Assembly (NCBI RefSeq): GCF_009914755.1
Contig: NC_060948.1
Origin: the human T2T-CHM13v2.0 reference genome, Homo sapiens
DNA: 64,000 bases
Reading direction: 5' to 3' (one strand)
Shown: positions 41,423 through 56,400 of the stretch, piece by piece
Numbering within the stretch: the first letter of the stretch is position 1
Layout of the letters: each line of letters opens with the position of its first letter
Program-made: the position numbers and the translations under genes
The notes under the pieces: generated by a model
Database searches by the model: none
Seen by the model: the letters and a program-made list of their open reading frames with translations, nothing else
Told to the model about the DNA's origin: nothing

Positions 41423-44400
41423 GGCCTGGAATAAAGTGGAATGCTACGGTCTCGAATGGAATAAAAATGTATGGAATGGAATGCAATGAAACGGAATCGA
41501 ATGTCATAGAATGTAATGGAATGCAAAAAAATGGAATCCAAAATCATTGACTGGAAAGGCTGGGTGTCGAAAGGAATTGACTCCAATGGAATGGAATCGA
41601 ATGGAATGGAAGTGAATAGAATCGAACTAAATCGAATGGAATGGAATTGATAGGAACGGAATGGAAAGGAATGCAATGATTTGGCATGGAATGGAATCGA
41701 ATGGCATCGAATGGAATGGAATGGAATGCAATGGAATGGAATGTATTAGAATGGAATGAACTTTAATGGAATGTACTCGAATGGATTCGACTGGAATGGA
41801 ATGTTCTGGAAGTGAATGGACTCCAATGGAATGGATTCAAAAGGAATGGAATCGTACGGAATGGAATCTAATGGAATGGAATTAAATGGAAATGAATCAA
41901 ATTGAATAGCACGGAATTGAATTGAATGGAATGGAATGCAATGGAATCTAATGAAACGGAAAGGAAAGGAATGGAATGGAATGGAATGGGCTGGAATGGA
42001 AAGGAATCGAAACGAATGGAATGGAATCGAACTGAAGAGACTGGAATGGAATGCACTGGAATGGAAGGGAGTGTAATGGAAGGTTCTCGAAAAAAATGGA
42101 ATCGAATGGAATGGAATTGAATGGAACGGAATAGAGTCGAATGGAATTGAATGGAATGGAATGGACTAGAGTGAAATGGAATCGAACCACAAGGAATGGA
42201 CAGGAATAGAATGGTCTCGAATTGAATGGAATCGTATGGAATGGCATCAAACGGAATGGAATGGACAGCCACGGAATGGAATGCACTCGAATGCAATGGA
42301 GTCGAAACTAACGGACTGGAATAGAATGGACTCGATTGGTACGGACTCCAATGGAATGGAATCGAATGGAAGGGAATCGAACGGAAGGGAATCGAACGGA
42401 ATGGACTCGAAGGGAAAAGACTGCAATGGAAAGGTCTCGAATGGAATGGAAATTAATGGAATGGAATGGAATCGAATGAAATGGAGTCAAAAGGAATGGA
42501 ATCGAATGGCAAGAAATCGAATGTAATGGAATCGCAAGGAATTGATGTGAACGGAACGGAATGGAATGGAATCCAAAGGAATGGAATAGAATGGAATGGA
42601 ATCGAATGGAAAGGACTCGAATGGAAATCACTCGAATAGAATGCAATTTAATAAAATAGGATCAAATGTAATAGAATGGAATGGAAAGGAATCGAAACGG
42701 AAGGAATGGAGACAGATGGAATGGAATGGAACAGAGAGCAATGGTATAGAATGGAATGGAATCATCTGGAATGGAATTGAATGGAATGGAATAATATGAA
42801 ATGGAATGGAATGGAATGGAATGGAATGCCCTTGAATTAAATGGACTGGACTCGAACAGAGTGGAATGGAAAGTGTTGAGATAGAATGGAATGGACTCCT
42901 TTGGAATGGTCTAGTATGCAATGCAATCGACTGGCAGGGAATCAAAAGGAATGTAATCGAATGGATTGGACTGGAATGCAATGGACTCGAATAGATTGGA
43001 AACGGAATGCAAAGGAATGGAATGGAATAGTATGGAATGCAATGGAAGGGAATGGAGTGGAATAGACTAGAGTGGAATGGAATGGACTGGAAAGCAATGG
43101 ACTGGAATGGAACTTTCTTGGATGGATGGGAATCAAACGGAATGGAATGCAATGCAATCAAATGGCATGGAATAAAATAGAATGAAAGAGAATCAAATGG
43201 AATTGAAGCGAATGGAATCGAATGGATTGGAAAGGAATAGAATGGAATGGAATGGAATTGACTCAAATGGAATGGACTAGAATGGAATGGATTCGAATGG
43301 AATGGAATGTCATGGAATGGCATCAAATGGAATGGCATCAAATGGAATGGAATCGAATGCAATGGAATGCTATGGAATGGAATGGAATGCATTGGAATGG
43401 AATGTCCTCTAATGGAATGGATTCGAGTGGAATGGAATTGAATATAATGGAGTCGAATGAAATGGAATTGAAAGGAATGGGATCGAATACAATGGAATAT
43501 ACTGGAATGTAACGTAATGAACTCGAATGTAATTGACTGGAATGGAATGTACATGAATGGAATGTAATCGAATGGAAAGTAATCCAATGGAATAGAATCT
43601 AATGCAATAAAATCGACTCAGATAGAGTAGAATGTAATGGAATGGAGTGCAGTGCAATGGAATGGAATGGAATGGAATGCAATGGAATGGAATGGAATGG
43701 AATGGAATGGAATGGAATGGAATGGAATGGGATGGAATGGTATGGAATGGATAGTAATGGACTGGAGTGAAATGGACTGGAAAGGAATGGACTCAAATTG
43801 AAAGGGCTCGAAAGGAATGGAGTCAAATGGAATGGTCTGGAATGGAATGAACACGAATGTAATGCAATCCAATAGAATGGAATCGAATGGCATGGAATAT
43901 AAAGAAATGGAATCGAAGAGAATGGAAACAAATGGAATGGAATTGAATGGAATGGAATTGAATGGAATGTGAACGAATGGAGTGAAATTGTATGCAGTAG
44001 AAGAGAATAGAATGGAATGCAAGCGAAAGGAAAGGAATGGATTGGAATGGAATGGAATTCATTGGAATGGAAGGGAATGTAGTGTAATGGACAGGCCTGG
44101 AATAAAGTGGAATGCTACGGTCTCGAATGGAATAAAAATGTATGGAATGGAATGCAATGAAACGGAATCGAATGTCATAGAATGTAATGGAATGCAAAAA
44201 AATGGAATCCAAAATCATTGACTGGAAAGGCTGGGTGTCGAAAGGAATTGACTCCAATGGAATGGAATCGAATGGAATGGAAGTGAATAGAATCGAACTA
44301 AATCGAATGGAATGGAATTGATAGGAACGGAATGGAAAGGAATGCAATGATTTGGCATGGAATGGAATCGAATGGCATCGAATGGAATGGAATGCAATGC

Positions 44401-47400
44401 AATGGAATGGAATGTATTAGAATGTAATGAACTTTAATGGAATGTACTCGAATGGATTCGACTGGAATGGAATGTTCTGGAAGTGAATGGACTCCAATGG
44501 AATGGATTCAAAAGGAATGGAATCGTACGGAATGGAATCTAATGGAATGGAATTAAATGGAAATGAATCAAATTGAATAGCACGGAATTGAATTGAATGG
44601 AATGGAATGCAATGGAATCTAATGAAACGGAAAGGAAAGGAATGGAATGGAATGGAATGGACTGGAATGGAAAGGAATCGAAACGAATGGAATGGAATCG
44701 AACTGAAGAGACTGGAATGGAATGCACTGGAATGGAAGGGAGTGTAATGGAAGGTTGTCGAAAAAAATGGAATCGAATGGAATGGAATTGAATGGAACGG
44801 AATAGAGTCGAATGGAATTGAATGGAATGGAATGGACTAGAGTGAAATGGAATCGAACCACAAGGAATGGACAGGAATAGAATGGTCTCGAATTGAATGG
44901 AATCGTATGGAATGGCATCAAACGGAATGGAATGGACAGCCACGGAATGGAATGCACTCGAATGCAATGGAGTCGAAACTAATGGACTGGAATAGAATGG
45001 ACTCGACTGGTACGGACTCCAATGGAATGGAATCGAATGGAAGGGAATCGAACGGAAGGGAATCGAACGGAATGGACTCGAAGGGAAAAGACTGCAATAG
45101 AAAGGTCTCGAATGGAATGGAAATTAATGGAATGGAATGGAATCGAATGAAATGGAGTCAAAAGGAATGGAATCGAATGGCAAGAAATGGAATGTAATGG
45201 AATCGCCAGGAATTGATGTGAACGGAGCGGAATGGAATGGAATCCAAAGGAATGGAATAGAATGGAATGGAATCGAATGGAAAGGACTCGAATGGAAATC
45301 ACTCGAATAGAATGCAATTTAATAAAATAGGATCAAATGTAATGGAATGGAATGGAAAGGAATCGAAACGAAAGGAATGGAGACAGATGGAATGGAATGG
45401 AACAGAGAGCAATGGTATAGAATGGAATGGAATCATCTGGAATGGAATTGAATGGAATGGAATGGAATGCCCTTGAATTAAATGGACTGGAATGGAATGG
45501 ACTCAAACAGAGTGGAATGGAAAGTGTTGAGATAGAATGGAATGAACTCCTTTGGAATGGTCTAGTAGGCAATGCAATCGACTGGCAGGGAATCAAAAGG
45601 AATGTAATCGAATGGATTGGACTGGAATGCAATGGACTCGAATAGATTGGAAACGGAATGCAAAGGAATGGAATGGAATAGTATGGAATGGAATGGAAAG
45701 GAATGGAGTGGAATAGACTAGAGTGGAATGGAATGGACTGGAAAGCAATGGACTGGAATGGAACTTTCTTGAATGGACTGGAATCAAACGGAATGGAATG
45801 CAATGCAATCAAATGGCATGGAATAAAATAGAATGAAAGAGAATCAAATGGAATTGAATCGAATGGAATCGAATGGATTGGAAAGGAATAGAACGGAATG
45901 GAATGGAATTGACTCAAATGGAATGGACTAGAATGGAATGGATTCGAATGGAAGACAAAGGAATGGAATCTATTGGAATGGACTGTAATGGAATGGAATG
46001 GAAGGGATTGGAATGGACTCGAATGGAATGGACTGCAATAGAAAGGATTCGAATGGAATGAAAAAGAATTGAATGGAATAGAACAGAATGGAATCAAATC
46101 GAATGAAATGGAATGGAATAGAAAGGAATGGAATGAAATGGAATGAAAAGGATTCCAATGGAATGCAATCGAATGGAATGGAATCGAACGGAATGGAATA
46201 AAATGGAAGAAAACTGGCAATAAATGGAATCGAAATGAATGGAGTGTTATGGAACGGACTCAAAAGGAATTGAATGTAATAGAATGGAGTGGAGTGGACT
46301 CGAATATAATGGACTGGAATGGAATGAAATCACATGGAATGGGAACGAATGGAATGGAATGGAAAGGAATGGAATCGAATGGAAAGGAATCGAATGGAGG
46401 GAATGAAATTGAATCAACAGGAATGGAAGGGAATAGAATAGACGGTAATGGAATGGACTCGAATAGAATGGACACGAATGCTCAAATTGAATGGACTCGA
46501 ATGGAATGGAAACGAAAGGAATGTCATCGAATGGAATTGAATCGATTGGAATGAAATCGCATAGAATGGAGTGGAATCAAATGGAATTGAATCGAAAGGA
46601 AAGGAAGCGAATGGACTGAAATGAAATGGAATGGAATTGAATGGAAAGTAACGCAATGGAATAGAATGGAACGAAATTTCACGGAATGGAATCAAACTGA
46701 ATGGAATCAAATCAATGGAATCAAATCAAATGGAATGGAAAGGAATTGAATGGAGTAGATGGGATTGGATGGGATTGGAATGAAATGTACTGGAAAGGAC
46801 TCGAATTTCATGAAACGGAATGGAATGAATTGGAACGGAATGGACTCGAATGGAATGGAATGTCATGGGATGGCATCAAATGGAATGGCATCAAATGGAA
46901 TGGAATCGAATGCAATGGAATGCTATGGAATGGAATGGAATGCATTGGAATGGAATGTCCTCTAATGGAATGGATTCGAGTGGAATGGAATTGAATATAA
47001 TGGAGTCGAATGAAATGGAATTGAAAAGAATGGGATCGAATACAATGGAATATACTGGAATGTAACGTAATGAACTCGAATGTAATTGACTGGAATGGAA
47101 TGTACATGAATGGAATGTAATCGAATGGAAAGTAATCCAATGGAATAGAATCTAATGCAATAAAATCGACTCAGATAGAGTAGAATGTAATGGAATGGAG
47201 TGTTGTGCAATGGAATGGAATGGAATGGAATGCAATGGAATGGAATGGAATGGAATGGGATGGAATGGTATGGAATGGATAGTAATGGACTGGAGTGAAA
47301 TGGACTGGAAAGGAATGGACTCAAATTGAAAGGGCACGAAAGGAATGGAGTCAAATGGAATGGTCTGGAATGGAATGAACACGAATGTAATGCAACCCAA

Positions 47401-50400
47401 TAGAATGGAATCGAATGGCATGGAATATAAAGAAATGGAATCGAAGAGAATGGAAACAAATGGAATGGAATTGAATGGAATGTGAACGAATGGAGTGAAA
47501 TTGTATGCAGTAGAAGAGAATAGAATGGAATGCAAGCGAAAGGAAAGGAATGGATTGGAATGGAATGGAATTCATTGGAATGGAAGGGAATGTAGTGTAA
47601 TGGACAGGCCTGGAATAAAGTGGAATGCTACGGTCTCGAATGGAATAAAAATGTATGGAATGGAATGCAATGAAACGGAATCGAATGTCATAGAATGTAA
47701 TGGAATGCAACAAAATGGAATCCAAAATCATTGACTGGAAAGGCTGGGTGTCGAAAGGAATTGACTCCAATGGAATGGAATCGAATGGAATGGAAGTGAA
47801 TAGAATCGAACTAAATCGAATGGAATGGAATTGATAGGAACGGAATGGAAAGGAATGCAATGATTTGGCATGGAATGGAATCGAATGGCATCGAATGGAA
47901 TGGAATGGAATGCAATGGAATGGAATGTATTAGAATGGAATGAACTTTAATGGAATGTACTCGAATGGATTCGACTGGAATGGAATGTTCTGGAAGTGAA
48001 TGGACTCCAATGGAATGGATTCAAAAGGAATGGAATCGTACGGAATGGAATCTAATGGAATGGAATTAAATGGAAATGAATCAAATTGAATAGCACGGAA
48101 TTGAATTGAATGGAATGGAATGCAATGGAATCTAATGAAACGGAAAGGAAAGGAATGGAATGGGCTGGAATGGAAAGGAATCGAAACGAATGGAATGGAA
48201 TCGAAGTGAAGAGACTGGAATGGAATGCACTGGAATGGAAGGGAGTGTAATGGAAGGTTGTCGAAAAAAATGGAATCGAATGGAATGGAATTGAATGGAA
48301 CGGAATAGAGTCGAATGGAATTGAATGGAATGGAATGGACTAGAGTGAAATGGAATCGAACCACAAGGAATGGAGAGGAATAGAATGGTCTCGAATTGAA
48401 TGGAATCGTATGGAATGGCATCAAACGGAATGGAATGGACAGCCACGGAATGGAATGCACTCGAATGCAATGGAGTCGAAACTAATGGACTGGAATAGAA
48501 TGGACTCGACTGGTACGGACTCCAATGGAATGGAATCGAATGGAAGGGAATCGAACGGAATGGACTCGAAGGGAAAAGACTGCAATGGAAAGGTCTCGAA
48601 TGGAATGGAAATTAATGGGATGGAATGGAATCGAATGAAATGGAGTCAAAAGGAATGGAATCGAATGGCAAGAAATCGAATGTAATGGAATCGCAAGGAA
48701 TTGATGTGAACGGAACGGAATGGAATGGAATCCAAAGGAATGGAATAGAATGGAATGGAATCGAATGGAAAGGACTCGAATGGAAATCACTCGAATAGAA
48801 TGCAATTTAATAAAATAGGATCAAATGTAATAGAATGGAATGGAAAGGAATCGAAACGGAAGGAATGGAGACAGATGGAATGGAATGGAACAGAGAGCAA
48901 TGGTATAGAATGGAATGGAATCATCTGGAATGGAATTGAATGGAATGGAATAATATGAAATGGAATGGAATGGAATGGAATGGAATGCCCTTGAATTAAA
49001 TGGACTGGACTCGAACAGAGTGGAATGGAAAGTGTTGAGATAGAATGGAATGGACTCCTTTGGAATGGTCTAGTATGCAATGCAATCGACTGGCAGGGAA
49101 TCAAAAGGAATGTAATCGAATGGATTGGACTGGAATGCAATGGACTCGAATAGATTGGAAACGGAATGCAAAGGAATGGAATGGAATAGTATGGAATGCA
49201 ATGGAAGGGAATGGAGTGGAATAGACTAGAGTGGAATGGAATGGACTGGAAAGCAATGGACTGGAATGGAACTTTCTTGGATGGATGGGAATCAAACGGA
49301 ATGGAATGCAATGCAATCAAATGGCATGGAATAAAATAGAATGAAAGAGAATCAAATGGAATTGAATCGAATGGAATCGAATGGATTGGAAAGGAATAGA
49401 ATGGAATGGAATGGAATTGACTCAAATGGAATGGACTAGAATGGAATGGATTCGAATGGAATGGAATGTCATGGAATGGCATCAAATGGAATGGCATCAA
49501 ATGGAATGGAATCGAATGCAATGGAATGCTATGGAATGGAATGGAATGCATTGGAATGGAATGTCCTCTAATGGAATGGATTCGAGTGGAATGGAATTGA
49601 ATATAATGGAGTCGAATGAAATGGAATTGAAAGGAATGGGATCGAATACAATGGAATATACTGGAATGTAACGTAATGAACTCGAATGTAATTGACTGGA
49701 ATGGAATGTACATGAATGGAATGTAATCGAATGGAAAGTAATCCAATGGAATAGAATCTAATGCAATAAAATCGACTCAGATAGAGTAGAATGTAATGGA
49801 ATGGAGTGCAGTGCAATGGAATGGAATGGAATGGAATGCAATGGAATGGAATGGAATGGAATGGAATGGAATGGAATGGAATGGGATGGAATGGTATGGA
49901 ATGGATAGTAATGGACTGGAGTGAAATGGACTGGAAAGGAATGGACTCAAATTGAAAGGGCTCGAAAGGAATGGAGTCAAATGGAATGGTCTGGAATGGA
50001 ATGAACACGAATGTAATGCAATCCAATAGAATGGAATCGAATGGCATGGAATATAAAGAAATGGAATCGAAGAGAATGGAAACAAATGGAATGGAATTGA
50101 ATGGAATGGAATTGAATGGAATGTGAACGAATGGAGTGAAATTGTATGCAGTAGAAGAGAATAGAATGGAATGCAAGCGAAAGGAAAGGAATGGATTGGA
50201 ATGGAATGGAATTCATTGGAATGGAAGGGAATGTAGTGTAATGGACAGGCCTGGAATAAAGTGGAATGCTACGGTCTCGAATGGAATAAAAATGTATGGA
50301 ATGGAATGCAATGAAACGGAATCGAATGTCATAGAATGTAATGGAATGCAAAAAAATGGAATCCAAAATCATTGACTGGAAAGGCTGGGTGTCGAAAGGA

Positions 50401-53400
50401 ATTGAATCCAATGGAATGGAATCGAATGGAATGGAAGTGAATAGAATCGAACTAAATCGAATGGAATGGAATTGATAGGAACGGAATGGAAAGGAATGCA
50501 ATGATTTGGCATGGAATGGAATCGAATGGCATCGAATGGAATGGAATGCAATGCAATGGAATGGAATGTATTAGAATGTAATGAACTTTAATGGAATGTA
50601 CTCGAATGGATTCGACTGGAATGGAATGTTCTGGAAGTGAATGGACTCCAATGGAATGGATTCAAAAGGAATGGAATCGTACGGAATGGAATCTAATGGA
50701 ATGGAATTAAATGGAAATGAATCAAATTGAATAGCACGGAATTGAATTGAATGGAATGGAATGCAATGGAATCTAATGAAACGGAAAGGAAAGGAATGGA
50801 ATGGAATGGAATGGACTGGAATGGAAAGGAATCGAAACGAATGGAATGGAATCGAACTGAAGAGACTGGAATGGAATGCACTGGAATGGAAGGGAGTGTA
50901 ATGGAAGGTTGTCGAAAAAAATGGAATCGAATGGAATGGAATTGAATGGAACGGAATAGAGTCGAATGGAATTGAATGGAATGGAATGGACTAGAGTGAA
51001 ATGGAATCGAACCACAAGGAATGGACAGGAATAGAATGGTCTCGAATTGAATGGAATCGTATGGAATGGCATCAAACGGAATGGAATGGACAGCCACGGA
51101 ATGGAATGCACTCGAATGCAATGGAGTCGAAACTAATGGACTGGAATAGAATGGACTCGACTGGTACGGACTCCAATGGAATGGAATCGAATGGAAGGGA
51201 ATCGAACGGAAGGGAATCGAACGGAATGGACTCGAAGGGAAAAGACTGCAATAGAAAGGTCTCGAATGGAATGGAAATTAATGGAATGGAATGGAATCGA
51301 ATGAAATGGAGTCAAAAGGAATGGAATCGAATGGCAAGAAATGGAATGTAATGGAATCGCCAGGAATTGATGTGAACGGAGCGGAATGGAATGGAATCCA
51401 AAGGAATGGAATAGAATGGAATGGAATCGAATGGAAAGGACTCGAATGGAAATCACTCGAATAGAATGCAATTTAATAAAATAGGATCAAATGTAATGGA
51501 ATGGAATGGAAAGGAATCGAAACGAAAGGAATGGAGACAGATGGAATGGAATGGAACAGAGAGCAATGGTATAGAATGGAATGGAATCATCTGGAATGGA
51601 ATTGAATGGAATGGAATGGAATGCCCTTGAATTAAATGGACTGGAATGGAATGGACTCAAACAGAGTGGAATGGAAAGTGTTGAGATAGAATGGAATGAA
51701 CTCCTTTGGAATGGTCTAGTAGGCAATGCAATCGACTGGCAGGGAATCAAAAGGAATGTAATCGAATGGATTGGACTGGAATGCAATGGACTCGAATAGA
51801 TTGGAAACGGAATGCAAAGGAATGGAATGGAATAGTATGGAATGGAATGGAAAGGAATGGAGTGGAATAGACTAGAGTGGAATGGAATGGACTGGAAAGC
51901 AATGGACTGGAATGGAACTTTCTTGAATGGACTGGAATCAAACGGAATGGAATGCAATGCAATCAAATGGCATGGAATAAAATAGAATGAAAGAGAATCA
52001 AATGGAATTGAATCGAATGGAATCGAATGGATTGGAAAGGAATAGAACGGAATGGAATGGAATTGACTCAAATGGAATGGACTAGAATGGAATGGATTCG
52101 AATGGAAGACAAAGGAATGGAATCTATTGGAATGGACTGTAATGGAATGGAATGGAAGGGATTGGAATGGACTCGAATGGAATGGACTGCAATAGAAAGG
52201 ATTCGAATGGAATGAAAAAGAATTGAATGGAATAGAACAGAATGGAATCAAATCGAATGAAATGGAATGGAATAGAAAGGAATGGAATGAAATGGAATGA
52301 AAAGGATTCCAATGGAATGCAATCGAATGGAATGGAATCGAACGGAATGGAATAAAATGGAAGAAAACTGGCAATAAATGGAATCGAAATGAATGGAGTG
52401 TTATGGAACGGACTCAAAAGGAATTGAATGTAATAGAATGGAGTGGAGTGGACTCGAATATAATGGACTGGAATGGAATGAAATCACATGGAATGGGAAC
52501 GAATGGAATGGAATGGAAAGGAATGGAATCGAATGGAAAGGAATCGAATGGAGGGAATGAAATTGAATCAACAGGAATGGAAGGGAATAGAATAGACGGT
52601 AATGGAATGGACTCGAATAGAATGGACACGAATGCTCAAATTGAATGGACTCGAATGGAATGGAAACGAAAGGAATGTCATCGAATGGAATTGAATCGAT
52701 TGGAATGAAATCGCATAGAATGGAGTGGAATCAAATGGAATTGAATCGAAAGGAAAGGAAGCGAATGGACTGAAATGAAATGGAATGGAATTGAATGGAA
52801 AGTAACGCAATGGAATAGAATGGAACGAAATTTCACGGAATGGAATCAAACTGAATGGAATCAAATCAATGGAATCAAATCAAATGGAATGGAAAGGAAT
52901 TGAATGGAGTAGATGGGATTGGATGGGATTGGAATGAAATGTACTGGAAAGGACTCGAATTTCATGAAACGGAATGGAATGAATTGGAAAGGAATGGACT
53001 CGAATGGAATGGAATGTCATGGGATGGCATCAAATGGAATGGCATCAAATGGAATGGAATCGAATGCAATGGAATGCTATGGAATGGAATGGAATGCATT
53101 GGAATGGAATGTCCTCTAATGGAATGGATTCGAGTGGAATGGAATTGAATATAATGGAGTCGAATGAAATGGAATTGAAAGGAATGGGATCGAATACAAT
53201 GGAATATACTGGAATGTAACGTAATGAACTCGAATGTAATTGACTGGAATGGAATGTACATGAATGGAATGTAATCGAATGGAAAGTAATCCAATGGAAT
53301 AGAATCTAATGCAATAAAATCGACTCAGATAGAGTAGAATGTAATGGAATGGAGTGCAGTGCAATGGAATGGAATGGAATGGAATGCAATGGAATGGAAT

Positions 53401-56400
53401 GGAATGGAATGGAATGGAATGGAATGGAATGGGATGGAATGGTATGGAATGGATAGTAATGGACTGGAGTGAAATGGACTGGAAAGGAATGGACTCAAAT
53501 TGAAAGGGCTCGAAAGGAATGGAGTCAAATGGAATGGTCTGGAATGGAATGAACACGAATGTAATGCAACCCAATAGAATGGAATCGAATGGCATGGAAT
53601 ATAAAGAAATGGAATCGAAGAGAATGGAAACAAATGGAATGGAATTGAATGGAATGGAATTGAATGGAATGGGAACGAATGGAGTGAAATTGTATGCAGT
53701 AGAAGAGAATAGAATGGAATGCAAGCGAAAGGAAAGGAATGGATTGGAATGGAATGGAATTCATTGGAATGGAAGGGAATGTAGTGTAATGGACAGGCCT
53801 GGAATAAAGTGGAATGCTACGGTCTCGAATGGAATAAAAATGTATGGAATGGAATGCAATGAAACGGAATCGAATGTCATAGAATGTAATGGAATGCAAA
53901 AAAATGGACTCCAAAATCATTGACTGGAAAGGCTGGGTGTCGAAAGGAATTGACTCCAATGGAATGGAATCGAATGGAATGGAAGTGAATAGAATCGAAC
54001 TAAATCGAATGGAATGGAATTGATAGGAACGGAATGGAAAGGAATGCAATGATTTGGCATGGAATGGAATCGAATGGCATCGAATGGAATGGAATGGAAT
54101 GCAATGGAATGGAATGTATTAGAATGGAATGAACTTTAATGGAATGTACTCGAATGGATTCGACTGGAATGGAATGTTCTGGAAGTGAATGGACTCCAAT
54201 GGAATGGATTCAAAAGGAATGGAATCGTACGGAATGGAATCTAATGGAATGGAATTAAATGGAAATGAATCAAATTGAATAGCACGGAATTGAATTGAAT
54301 GGAATGGAATGCAATGGAATCTAATGAAACGGAAAGGAAAGGAATGGAATGGAATGGAATGGGCTGGAATGGAAAGGAATCGAAACGAATGGAATGGAAT
54401 CGAACTGAAGAGACTGGAATGGAATGCACTGGAATGGAAGGGAGTGTAATGGAAGGTTCTCGAAAAAAATGGAATCGAATGGAATGGAATTGAATGGAAC
54501 GGAATAGAGTCGAATGGAATTGAATGGAATGGAATGGACTAGAGTGAAATGGAATCGAACCACAAGGAATGGACAGGAATAGAATGGTCTCGAATTGAAT
54601 GGAATCGTATGGAATGGCATCAAACGGAATGGAATGGACAGCCACGGAATGGAATGCACTCGAATGCAATGGAGTCGAAACTAACGGACTGGAATAGAAT
54701 GGACTCGATTGGTACGGACTCCAATGGAATGGAATCGAATGGAAGGGAATCGAACGGAAGGGAATCGAACGGAATGGACTCGAAGGGAAAAGACTGCAAT
54801 GGAAAGGTCTCGAATGGAATGGAAATTAATGGAATGGAATGGAATCGAATGAAATGGAGTCAAAAGGAATGGAATCGAATGGCAAGAAATCGAATGTAAT
54901 GGAATCGCAAGGAATTGATGTGAACGGAACGGAATGGAATGGAATCCAAAGGAATGGAATAGAATGGAATGGAATCGAATGGAAAGGACTCGAATGGAAA
55001 TCACTCGAATAGAATGCAATTTAATAAAATAGGATCAAATGTAATAGAATGGAATGGAAAGGAATCGAAACGGAAGGAATGGAGACAGATGGAATGGAAT
55101 GGAACAGAGAGCAATGGTATAGAATGGAATGGAATCATCTGGAATGGAATTGAATGGAATGGAATAATATGAAATGGAATGGAATGGAATGGAATGGAAT
55201 GCCCTTGAATTAAATGGACTGGACTCGAACAGAGTGGAATGGAAAGTGTTGAGATAGAATGGAATGGACTCCTTTGGAATGGTCTAGTATGCAATGCAAT
55301 CGACTGGCAGGGAATCAAAAGGAATGTAATCGAATGGATTGGACTGGAATGCAATGGACTCGAATAGATTGGAAACGGAATGCAAAGGAATGGAATGGAA
55401 TAGTATGGAATGCAATGGAAGGGAATGGAGTGGAATAGACTAGAGTGGAATGGAATGGACTGGAAAGCAATGGACTGGAATGGAACTTTCTTGGATGGAT
55501 GGGAATCAAACGGAATGGAATGCAATGCAATCAAATGGCATGGAATAAAATAGAATGAAAGAGAATCAAATGGAATTGAATCGAATGGAATCGAATGGAT
55601 TGGAAAGGAATAGAATGGAATGGAATGGAATTGACTCAAATGGAATGGACTAGAATGGAATGGATTCGAATGGAATGGAATGTCATGGAATGGCATCAAA
55701 TGGAATGGCATCAAATGGAATGGAATCGAATGCAATGGAATGCTATGGAATGGAATGGAATGCATTGGAATGGAATGTCCTCTAATGGAATGGATTCGAG
55801 TGGAATGGAATTGAATATAATGGAGTCGAATGAAATGGAATTGAAAGGAATGGGATCGAATACAATGGAATATACTGGAATGTAACGTAATGAACTCGAA
55901 TGTAATTGACTGGAATGGAATGTACATGAATGGAATGTAATCGAATGGAAAGTAATCCAATGGAATAGAATCTAATGCAATAAAATCGACTCAGATAGAG
56001 TAGAATGTAATGGAATGGAGTGCAGTGCAATGGAATGGAATGGAATGGAATGCAATGGAATGGAATGGAATGGAATGGAATGGAATGGAATGGAATGGAA
56101 TGGGATGGAATGGTATGGAATGGATAGTAATGGACTGGAGTGAAATGGACTGGAAAGGAATGGACTCAAATTGAAAGGGCTCGAAAGGAATGGAGTCAAA
56201 TGGAATGGTCTGGAATGGAATGAACACGAATGTAATGCAATCCAATAGAATGGAATCGAATGGCATGGAATATAAAGAAATGGAATCGAAGAGAATGGAA
56301 ACAAATGGAATGGAATTGAATGGAATGGAATTGAATGGAATGTGAACGAATGGAGTGAAATTGTATGCAGTAGAAGAGAATAGAATGGAATGCAAGCGAA

